37,613 bases of DNA from a virus (taxonomy: Duplodnaviria > Caudoviricetes): positions 1 to 37,613 of the IMG/VR virus record IMGVR_UViG_3300047282_000135. One strand, 5' to 3'. The notes beneath the pieces are model-generated. The model ran no database searches. It was not told the origin of the DNA and was given only the letters and a program-made list of their open reading frames with translations. The translations under genes were made by a program, and so were the position numbers. Below are positions 1-7,499 of the stretch, in pieces; the stretch's first letter is position 1, and every line of letters begins with the position of its first letter.

Positions 1-127
1 CAGGAAATAAGGCGCAGTCTCGCTCAGGAACTCCACGATGTTCAGAGAGTCCGAGATCACCCCATTGAAGTGAAGGCCGTATTCATCGCAGAACGCAGCC
101 AGATCTTCCATGTTGCCGGTGTAGATC
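1..127. repeat. 127-nt terminal direct repeat, identical to 37487-37613 (circular assembly overlap)
   Basis: CAGGAAATAAGGCGCAGTC...GCCGGTGTAGATC is present at both ends. It lies inside a coding region, and 127 is a common assembler k-mer length. Confidence 0.95.
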
Positions 128-1545
128 GGTGCCGCCACATCAGGATCGGTGTTGCTGGTGCGCTTATAGATCGTGAACAGGTACATCGCCAAGTCCACCA
201 GCTGGTTGCTGGCGCCTTGCGTGTAGACGCCACCCACAAGGCCGACGCTATAAAGATCAACGCTCACGCCCTGCTCGTAGTAAACCGAGAGTTGCCGCGT
301 GGTGGTTGGATACGATCCAGACTCCGGCGGATCGTAGATGTCGCCAACTACTTTGAGGAAAGTGATATCTGCAAAAGCTGAGTTATTGGCGGTTGGCGTG
401 CTTGATGGATTGGCATATTTGCTGACGACGTACTCCTCTTGCACTGCCTCTAATGTCCCTGTGCTAGCAGGCAGGCCAGGATTGATCTGGTTGTCTACTG
501 AGGTTGCCGTGTACTTCCAAGTCACGCTGCCGGACGAACCAATGGCAGCAAGCACCGGATCAGGCGGGGCAATATATCCTGATGCAGTGCCAGCCGGGAT
601 GTTGGTTCCCCCTATAAAATCCTGCACAACACCAACACCGTAGCCACCTGTGATGGTACCAGTTGAAGTGATTACGGCATTGATAAGGATCTCCGAATTA
701 GTTGGCAAGCCAAAATACCCCCACCATGCGGATGTTAAATCAGCCCCAGTGACATTATCAAATACTTCAATGGTCGCATTTAACGCAGAGTTTGTTGTAT
801 TACCTGTGCCTCTGGCGATGCGTCTTACGCCATAGTACGAAGTACCTAAGAAGTCTTGCCTTTGGGTTTGTTCACCTGATGCTGGCAAAGGTTCTGTCAG
901 GTATGAGTAGGTTTCATTACCGCAATACAAACCCGCGCCAAGAATCGGGCACGTGCCAGGGTTGGCAGCAAGCGTGGCGGCGCTGTTATAGATCGCACTG
1001 ATCGTGATCGTTTGATCAGCCAGAAACGCCATATTGCTAAGGCCAACCCATACGCGGTGCTTCACAGGACTGCTGACGATCTGCCCTTGGCTGATAGGAA
1101 ACAGAAAGCTGCCAACAAAAAAGTTAGATCCAGCACGCACAAGTGAGGGTTGCACCCAGATGCCACCGTTATCGTTCACACGCTTGCCGAACACAATCGG
1201 CACCGTTTCGCCAGCGGTTGCAATCCGTTGTTCAGCGCCCAGATCAGCCTTAGGGGTTTTGCGGTTTTCTGGTGATCTGTCTTGCTGTGAAACTGCCTGA
1301 TTAGGGGAGCTTTTTTGCTGAGGTGCTCCCTGCTCGCCGTCCTTAACGCGGTAGACAATCCATCCACGGCCACTGCCAGATGGACGCTTGGCCCAGGTTT
1401 GCCCTGGGTTGTTGCGCATGTTCTCTTTGATGATCCAATCTGAGACTTCATCTGCCCCCTGTGGACCACGTTGCCCTGGCGGTGCCATTGCAGGCATCAC
1501 TTGCTGATTAACCTTTGGCCCACGGTTGTAAGCGGAGTTAGTCAT
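1..1545 (-). CDS. Tail tip/central hub protein (gpJ-like), N-terminal part; continues across the junction to 36875 (about 718 aa in total)
   Basis: Manual translation shows no stop from the ATG at 1545 (overlapping the upstream TGA) down to position 1. The frame joins the 36875-37597 ORF. It contains ...ATAGETVPIVFGKR..., typical of tail-tip hub proteins. The ORF track missed it because it runs off the window edge. Confidence 0.8.
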   Translation of the reverse strand, partial: MTNSAYNRGPKVNQQVMPAMAPPGQRGPQGADEVSDWIIKENMRNNPGQTWAKRPSGSGRGWIVYRVKDGEQGAPQQKSSPNQAVSQQDRSPENRKTPKADLGAEQRIATAGETVPIVFGKRVNDNGGIWVQPSLVRAGSNFFVGSFLFPISQGQIVSSPVKHRVWVGLSNMAFLADQTITISAIYNSAATLAANPGTCPILGAGLYCGNETYSYLTEPLPASGEQTQRQDFLGTSYYGVRRIARGTGNTTNSALNATIEVFDNVTGADLTSAWWGYFGLPTNSEILINAVITSTGTITGGYGVGVVQDFIGGTNIPAGTASGYIAPPDPVLAAIGSSGSVTWKYTATSVDNQINPGLPASTGTLEAVQEEYVVSKYANPSSTPTANNSAFADITFLKVVGDIYDPPESGSYPTTTRQLSVYYEQGVSVDLYSVGLVGGVYTQGASNQLVDLAMYLFTIYKRTSNTDPDVAAPIYTGNMEDLAAFCDEYGLHFNGVISDSLNIVEFLSETAPYFL

Positions 1546-1760
1546 TGCTCGCACTCCATACAGCGTTGCAACGCCGCAGCCAAGACCATCGGTGGCACGA
1601 TAGTCAAACACTTGGTCACAGTCTGCACGTCGCTGATTTCTGTGTCATCAGCAGCAAGGTAGACGCGGCGTGTTCCATCTACGGCCAGTCTCACGCCCTG
1701 ATGTGTAGTGCCATCAGAGCACTCCACTTCAACATTGATCGCAAGAATCTGCATCGTCAT
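1542..1760 (-). CDS. Small Cys-containing tail-region protein
   Basis: 72-aa ORF with ATGA overlaps at both ends, inside the tail operon. Confidence 0.6.
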   Translation of the reverse strand: MTMQILAINVEVECSDGTTHQGVRLAVDGTRRVYLAADDTEISDVQTVTKCLTIVPPMVLAAALQRCMECEQ

Positions 1761-2266
1761 CGTCCCACAAATCTCCCGATCAGATCGGATGCAATCTTGC
1801 GAGTTGGAATCTGCGGCCTTGTCTTATCAATCACTGGGGTAATGGCCCAGTTGACAGATGTGTCATTTACTTCAGCCCCATCGATACCGCCAATGTATCT
1901 GCTGACAAGCGTGGCGCTAGCAGGGTCGAGTTGATCCTCGCCAGCATCCTGCAGATACAGCGAGGCGATCACAAGGCGATTTGCCCCAATGGCTGTGTCA
2001 GTCAAATCGATGATATCACCAGTTGCTGCGATCTCAACCGATAGCTCGCCAATGCCACTAGCGGACTTCAACGTAAAACCGGAGACACTGAATGGGATAT
2101 ATACGAATCTGCCCTGCACGGCGCTATCGACTGTTGATAGATCCTGCGGCACTTGGTAGAAGTTCTGCCAGCGCCGCGTTGGTGAGCGTTTGCCGGTGCT
2201 TGGATCGTACACGCTGCTGCGATCAGCGTAATACTCAAGGAAGCAAAGCAGATCGTAATAAGCCAT
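1757..2266 (-). CDS. Minor tail protein (gpL-like position)
   Basis: 169 aa, coupled to the tape measure stop. It has a ...YIPFSVSGF... motif and a C-terminal QIPTRK typical of tail-tip proteins. Confidence 0.6.
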   Translation of the reverse strand: MAYYDLLCFLEYYADRSSVYDPSTGKRSPTRRWQNFYQVPQDLSTVDSAVQGRFVYIPFSVSGFTLKSASGIGELSVEIAATGDIIDLTDTAIGANRLVIASLYLQDAGEDQLDPASATLVSRYIGGIDGAEVNDTSVNWAITPVIDKTRPQIPTRKIASDLIGRFVGR

Positions 2267-4185
2267 CAGGCCATCCCCAGCTGCCGGCGCACGCTGCCAT
2301 CGCCTGCAATCAGGCTCAGCGTTTGATTAACGCCAGCCTGTACGGCACGGCTGAGATCTTGTGTCGTCACATAATTGCTGCCATTCATCTGCATTACCGG
2401 GCCAGTTTGAATGCTGACATTGGCGCTGCTGGGCACAACCACGCCACCCTCAGCAAAGCGTGGGATAGCGCTTGCGCCACGCTTGCCGGCCATCCAGTTA
2501 GCGGCGAATCCGCTGGCCTTGGATTGCGGCACGATGTATTCCGGCTCGCCGCCCTCACCCACCATGGCGATGGTCGGGCCACTGACAACGCCACCCTCAG
2601 CAAATCGAGGTAACTTGACCGGGCTAACCTTCGGGATGCTGACGCCAGGTACGCGGTTGGCCGCGGCGATCAGTGCATTGATTGCGCCTACAGCACCATT
2701 GATGCCGCCTTCAATCGCGCCCATGATGCCGTTCAGCGCACCCTTCACTACGCCAAGGGCAGCGGTGAATGGAGCCGAGATGATCTGCTGCATCCCGGCC
2801 CATGCGTTTTTGATGAAGTCGATTGATTGCGTGAATGCATTTTGAATAGGCGCGATGAAGTTTTCCTGAATCCATTGCCAGCCCTGCTCGAATGGCTGTT
2901 TGATGAAGTCAAAGATTCCAATCCAAGTGCTGACGTACCAATCAACAATCTTCTGGCCAAGCTCGATAACAGGAGTTAGAAAGTTTTCATTGAGCCAGTC
3001 CCATGCCTTCATGAATGGGTCTTTGACATAATCAAAGATCACCACCCATCCATCGACGAACCATTGCGTCAATTGCTTGAACGCATCAATGACAGGTTGA
3101 ACAAAAATACTGAAAAGGGACTGACCGATTTGACCAATGGTATCGAGTATCCCAGCCACCGCAGATTTGACGCCTTCCCATGCAGCCATGAAGGCTCCCC
3201 CAATCTCATCTCTGAAGTTCCAGATCACCGCAATCAACGCGCCAATAGCAATAGCAATGCCAACCGGGCCGGTGAGCAAGGCAACAATGGCCGTGATTGC
3301 CGGCGCAAGAGTTGTAAACGCTGTGACAACAGCTGCAACCGGTACGGCGATGGCGGCTAATGGAATAGCTACGGCCGCAAAACCAGTCGCCAAATCCTTA
3401 ACAGGCTGCGGGAGGTCCATAAACCACTTGGCGAAACCACCGATGGCCTCAGCCATTTGCGTGATCAAAGGCAGCACAGCAGTCAAAGCCTCGTTGAACG
3501 GACCTTGCAAACTTCTGCCGACTTCATTGATCGTGTCGTTGAGCTTGTCGGCGTTCTGGGCCATTTCCGTATCAATAGTCGCGGCGTACTGGCTCAAAGC
3601 ATCTTTGCCTTCACTCAACATCGGAATCAGATTCACGCCTGATTTGCCAAATAGATCCATTGCCAACGCGGTCTTTTTCGCGGGATCTTCCATCTTTGAC
3701 ATCTTGTCAGCAATGTCGACCATGATTTGATCGACGCCGCGGATCTTGCCTTGCGCATCCGTTGAGCTGACCCCAATCGATCTCAGCGCTTCGCTTGCTT
3801 TTGACGCAGGATCAACAATGCCTTTTTGTAGCTTGCTCATGGCCTTGGCAACTTCTTCAACGCTGCTGCCACTGTCTTGAGCTGCTGCGCCAAACTTGCT
3901 GAGGTTCTCAACGCTTACGCCAGTGCGCTGGCTGAGATCGTTCAGGTTATCAGCCGCATCAATGGCCCGCTTGCCAAGCACGGCCAATCCGCCAATAGCT
4001 GCCGTACCCAATCCGGCAAGCAATGTGGCCGTGCTTTTTGCGATCCCACCAAGTTTCTGAAATGATCCGCCAAGTCCACCAGCTTGTTTGTCGGCAGCGT
4101 CAAGCGAACGAGTCAAGCCATCAATCTGACTAAGACCGTCAACCTTGGCCCTGATCGTCAGGGCGGTTGTCATGTCCAGCGCCAT
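2266..4185 (-). CDS. Tail tape measure protein
   Basis: 639 aa, Ala/Gly-rich and helical, with a hydrophobic central segment, periodic Trp/Phe and duplicated PRFAEGGVV motifs. It follows the tail chaperones. Confidence 0.93.
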   Translation of the reverse strand: MALDMTTALTIRAKVDGLSQIDGLTRSLDAADKQAGGLGGSFQKLGGIAKSTATLLAGLGTAAIGGLAVLGKRAIDAADNLNDLSQRTGVSVENLSKFGAAAQDSGSSVEEVAKAMSKLQKGIVDPASKASEALRSIGVSSTDAQGKIRGVDQIMVDIADKMSKMEDPAKKTALAMDLFGKSGVNLIPMLSEGKDALSQYAATIDTEMAQNADKLNDTINEVGRSLQGPFNEALTAVLPLITQMAEAIGGFAKWFMDLPQPVKDLATGFAAVAIPLAAIAVPVAAVVTAFTTLAPAITAIVALLTGPVGIAIAIGALIAVIWNFRDEIGGAFMAAWEGVKSAVAGILDTIGQIGQSLFSIFVQPVIDAFKQLTQWFVDGWVVIFDYVKDPFMKAWDWLNENFLTPVIELGQKIVDWYVSTWIGIFDFIKQPFEQGWQWIQENFIAPIQNAFTQSIDFIKNAWAGMQQIISAPFTAALGVVKGALNGIMGAIEGGINGAVGAINALIAAANRVPGVSIPKVSPVKLPRFAEGGVVSGPTIAMVGEGGEPEYIVPQSKASGFAANWMAGKRGASAIPRFAEGGVVVPSSANVSIQTGPVMQMNGSNYVTTQDLSRAVQAGVNQTLSLIAGDGSVRRQLGMA

Positions 4186-4187
4186 GG

Positions 4188-4478
4188 CTATTTCTTGCGC
4201 TTGTTGACTGCTGCAACCACTGTAGCCTCGATGATCTGCAGATCACCTAGAACCTCTGCCGGATCAGCGATCTGCAGTAGATCAAACACCCACCGCACGG
4301 CGCCATAATCCAGCCCGATCATGGTGCCGGAATCAGTACGCCATTGCGTCTGCACCTTTAGGAACACACGCACTGCTGCCCATGCTTCAGGCTCCACCTC
4401 GAAGTTGACGGCCGCTTTGCTCGGTGGTGGTTCGATGCCGAACACAGCTGCATCCTTTGCTGTGTCGTCAACCTCCAT
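4188..4478 (-). CDS. Tail assembly chaperone, frameshift extension (gpT-like)
   Basis: Contains TQWR...IGLDYGAV...DLQIIE. The frame is open from the slippery site at 4511-4517. Confidence 0.8.
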   Translation of the reverse strand: MEVDDTAKDAAVFGIEPPPSKAAVNFEVEPEAWAAVRVFLKVQTQWRTDSGTMIGLDYGAVRWVFDLLQIADPAEVLGDLQIIEATVVAAVNKRKK

Positions 4479-4507
4479 GCCACCTAGCCAGTGCTCAGCG
4501 GCCCCGA

Positions 4508-4888
4508 TCAGTTTTTTCTCTTCTGCTCCACCAGCGATTCAAAGTAGGCGGCAACCAATGCACCGGCCATCATCGGCACATCCAATAGCTGTGCCTTCAC
4601 GGCATTGCTGAATGGCACGGGCTCACCATCACCATCGACAATGCCATCCCATCCCACGAGGATCTCATCTGCAATGCTCTGATCGCTGATGCCCTCGCCA
4701 GTGTCCTCACCCTTTTCGTTGGCCTTGACGCGCTGCTGCACCTCGCGCTGAATCTCATTGATGCGGCTCTGAGCTAGCCGCTTGAACTCAGCGTCAAATG
4801 TCTGCCGCTCTCGTTTCCCACCGTTGGCCGGGAGCTTAATGCTCACCGGCCAGGTGTAGGAGTCCGACTGCTTAAGGACAAATGCCAC
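4508..4888 (-). CDS. Tail assembly chaperone (gpG-like)
   Basis: 126 aa between the major tail and tape measure genes, with an ILVGWDGI motif. It ends in AGA AAA AAC TGA. Confidence 0.85.
   Translation of the reverse strand: MAFVLKQSDSYTWPVSIKLPANGGKRERQTFDAEFKRLAQSRINEIQREVQQRVKANEKGEDTGEGISDQSIADEILVGWDGIVDGDGEPVPFSNAVKAQLLDVPMMAGALVAAYFESLVEQKRKN
4511..4517 (-). promoter_or_regulatory. Programmed -1 ribosomal frameshift site A-AAA-AAC
   Basis: X-XXY-YYZ heptamer immediately before the stop. The -1 frame reads KLIGAAEHWLGG-MEVDD..., in frame with 4188-4478. Confidence 0.85.
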
Positions 4889-4893
4889 GCGGA

Positions 4894-5832
4894 TCAGGTG
4901 AAGACTAGTTGCATCTCATCATTGCCCGAATCGGTCGGGGTGGCAATGTATGGCAGTGTCAGCATCTGGATGCCGTCTTCATCGCTGTAGGACGGGTTAC
5001 CCAAATCGATCTGGCTGGCGGTGAATGTGATGATGTTGCCTGCAGTCTGGCCGTGCTGGAACGTGAGGTTTCCAGTGCTGTTGCCGGTGGCGTCGTTGAA
5101 GAAGTTGTGAGCGCTGACCGAGACGGCCTCAATCATCACCTCACCAGCAGGGGCGCGGTTGGTGATGATTACTTCCTTGGTGCAGCCCACCAGCTCGCGG
5201 TAGACCAGCTCATTGGCCAGTTCCATCGTGAAGCTCTGAAGGCAACCGGCATAGCTGAACACTTGGAAGCTAGTGGTGTTGCCCTGCTTGAACACCACCG
5301 GATCAGCCTGATTGGCGTAGGTGGGGGTGCTGATGGCCGATGCCGTCGGTGCGTTGTAGATGCCCGTGAACTCAAATGCGATGGTGGGGATCTCACCCAC
5401 GGTGCAGTTCAGCGAGAAGGTGCCGCGGCAGCCGGTGGCTTTGTGCAGCACGCCATCGTTGTTGAAATAGATGGTGACCGAACCGGGCGAGGTGTTGCTG
5501 TTGGGCGTATAGGTAACGCTCGTGCTGGCCGATACGGTCTCAGTAAACGAACATGCTTTCAGCAGCGGGCCATATGCCGGGGCAGTGCCAGCAGTGCCAG
5601 AACCTGCAAGCTCCACTTCAAAGTTCACCAGCACCCGGGTTTGTGCCAGCAGCTGCTCAGATTGACCGAGGTAAGGGCGAATCAGCTCACGGCTTACGGT
5701 GTCAGCCTCGAGGGGCGTCACCTCGATATTGCGCACCAGGATGGCGTTGGCGCCAACAGTTGGCGTAGGGTCAACGCCATAGGTAGTCTCGATTTCGGCC
5801 AGCAGCAGCTGGCGGCGGGAAAGCAGCGGCAT
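4894..5832 (-). CDS. Major tail tube protein
   Basis: 312 aa, Thr/Ser-rich, with an ETTYGVDP N-terminus. It lies directly upstream of the chaperones. Confidence 0.85.
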   Translation of the reverse strand: MPLLSRRQLLLAEIETTYGVDPTPTVGANAILVRNIEVTPLEADTVSRELIRPYLGQSEQLLAQTRVLVNFEVELAGSGTAGTAPAYGPLLKACSFTETVSASTSVTYTPNSNTSPGSVTIYFNNDGVLHKATGCRGTFSLNCTVGEIPTIAFEFTGIYNAPTASAISTPTYANQADPVVFKQGNTTSFQVFSYAGCLQSFTMELANELVYRELVGCTKEVIITNRAPAGEVMIEAVSVSAHNFFNDATGNSTGNLTFQHGQTAGNIITFTASQIDLGNPSYSDEDGIQMLTLPYIATPTDSGNDEMQLVFT

Positions 5833-5872
5833 GGCTTGGCCGGATGGAATCTTTCAACCCATCGTAGCCGGC

Positions 5873-6301
5873 TCAGCTGATAGTCAAATTGGTGACTGAG
5901 GTGCGATAACGCACAAGATATTCGCAGCCAATCACGCCAGCCGGTTGATCAGCTTCCACCATCTCGAAGCTCACCGATTGCGGTTGCACATCAATGGCAT
6001 AACCGCCAAGGGTGAGATCGGCCATCATCTTGGCGTGCAGGCTTTCAATGATCGGATCAGCCGTCTGATCCGGCACCGTGCCGCGCACGATCACCGCGAT
6101 CCGTACCGTCAGGCTCCAATCCAGCGTGGGGAGGCTGGTGTTCTGCTGCGCTGTATCCGAGATCGGCTCAATCACAAGCGCCGGGCTTTCGCCGCGGCTC
6201 AGTGGTTCCACCCTGCTGCGATAGATCCGCGTGCTGACGCCGGTGGTTCCGGTGAGCGCTGTGCGAATCGCCGTCAGGACCTGTTCGCGCTTGGTGGTCA
6301 T
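5873..6301 (-). CDS. Tail terminator / tail completion protein
   Basis: 142 aa, MTTKREQVLTAI...RIYRSR...YLVRYRT, upstream of the tail tube gene. Confidence 0.75.
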   Translation of the reverse strand: MTTKREQVLTAIRTALTGTTGVSTRIYRSRVEPLSRGESPALVIEPISDTAQQNTSLPTLDWSLTVRIAVIVRGTVPDQTADPIIESLHAKMMADLTLGGYAIDVQPQSVSFEMVEADQPAGVIGCEYLVRYRTSVTNLTIS

Positions 6302-6627
6302 GAGTCGCAGCAGACGCTCATTGTGATGCTACGGCCGCTGCTAATGCTGCTCACATCTAACCGCAGATAGCGCACGGCATAGTCGCAGTACGTGTGGATG
6401 TGATTGCCTGCATCCTTAGTCTTGGCCTCACCGATATTTGCCCAGTCAGTCCCATTCATCGATCCCTGCACGTGGTAGGTCACCTGCCCGCCAGTGATCT
6501 TCTCGAATGTTGTGAACACTGTGCCATCAACCTCAATGGCCGCAGAGGAGCCAGTGGTGTTGGAGATCGTGGCAAAGGTGTGAATGTTCTGCGGACGATC
6601 CGCATTGCCGCCGATGATGGTGCTCAT
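6298..6627 (-). CDS. Putative virion protein, beta-rich
   Basis: 109 aa with ATGA overlaps, in the head-tail region. Contains VQGSMNGTDW and RYLRL. Confidence 0.6.
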   Translation of the reverse strand: MSTIIGGNADRPQNIHTFATISNTTGSSAAIEVDGTVFTTFEKITGGQVTYHVQGSMNGTDWANIGEAKTKDAGNHIHTYCDYAVRYLRLDVSSISSGRSITMSVCCDS

Positions 6628-6902
6628 GTCTTCTGCAATCCGAGTTGTACGAACTTGCCGTCATCCATGAGCATGGTCTCTCTGACGGTATAAGCAGTCC
6701 CATCCACAGTGATCGAATCGCCGCGGATGAGACTGCCGAAGTTTGAGGTTCTGGCCGTCAGCGTGTAGTCAGTGCTAAGCACCATCCCATTGCTGATCAC
6801 CTGGCTTGGCATGTCCAGGATTCCCTTCGCAGTAACGGCGCCAGCGGTGCAGCTGACGCCGAAGTCTGCGAGGAACACGTCCAGATCCTCAGTGAACGCC
6901 AT
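6624..6902 (-). CDS. Head-tail joining / head closure protein (gpFII-like)
   Basis: 92 aa, ...GDSITVDGTAYTVRE..DDG..., with the expected synteny. Confidence 0.7.
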   Translation of the reverse strand: MAFTEDLDVFLADFGVSCTAGAVTAKGILDMPSQVISNGMVLSTDYTLTARTSNFGSLIRGDSITVDGTAYTVRETMLMDDGKFVQLGLQKT

Positions 6903-6904
6903 GC

Positions 6905-7294
6905 TCAGCTGTACTTCTTAGAGCCGAGAGCCACCACGGAAACGGCGCCGGTGCCGGTGCCGCCGGTCACAGTGAAGAGCACGCGAACGTAACGACGGAG
7001 ATCGTTGCTGTTCAGGTAGATCTTCTCTTGGAATGCGGTGTTAGCAGCAGCAGCGGTGAAGCCGCCACCGGTCACATCCACGAAATCGCCGGAGGTGGTG
7101 GTGTTGCTGTGCTGGATCTTGGCGGTCAGGGTGACGCCAGAGCCGGCAGCAGCTGCATCGATGATGAAGGCAACGTCGCCCTCATAGTCCACGAGATCAA
7201 CGTTGGCGGGGGTGCCAGCGCCGGTGGATGCAACGACTGCGTTGTTGTGCAGCTCGAGCAGATCGGTCTTAGATCCGAGGTTGTGGATGGTCAT
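6905..7294 (-). CDS. Putative head decoration protein
   Basis: 129 aa, beta-rich (KIQHS..., RRYVRV), directly after the capsid gene. Confidence 0.55.
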   Translation of the reverse strand: MTIHNLGSKTDLLELHNNAVVASTGAGTPANVDLVDYEGDVAFIIDAAAAGSGVTLTAKIQHSNTTTSGDFVDVTGGGFTAAAANTAFQEKIYLNSNDLRRYVRVLFTVTGGTGTGAVSVVALGSKKYS

Positions 7295-7497
7295 GATTTT
7301 GCCCTCCGTCGGGGGGTGGTTGGTTTAGGTGCAGGTTGAGCGATGGTCTCAACTGCGTCTACTACAGAGGCGACAGCCTCAACAGCTTTGCCGATACCGA
7401 TCAGGAGTTTGGCGTCAGAGGGGGAAGCCTCTAGGACTTCCCCAGTTTTGACGACCCGGCCCGCCAGCATCGTTTGCCGTAAGACCTTGATCAACAT
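7291..7497 (-). CDS. Small post-capsid protein
   Basis: 68 aa with a basic tail, starting 2 nt after the capsid stop. Confidence 0.6.
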   Translation of the reverse strand: MLIKVLRQTMLAGRVVKTGEVLEASPSDAKLLIGIGKAVEAVASVVDAVETIAQPAPKPTTPRRRAKS

Positions 7498-7499
7498 GA

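Noticed and set aside
1-127. Biological terminal repeat
   Set aside because: It lies within a gene and equals a common k-mer size, and the GpA terminase with a cos-like site points to ends near 14.55 kb.
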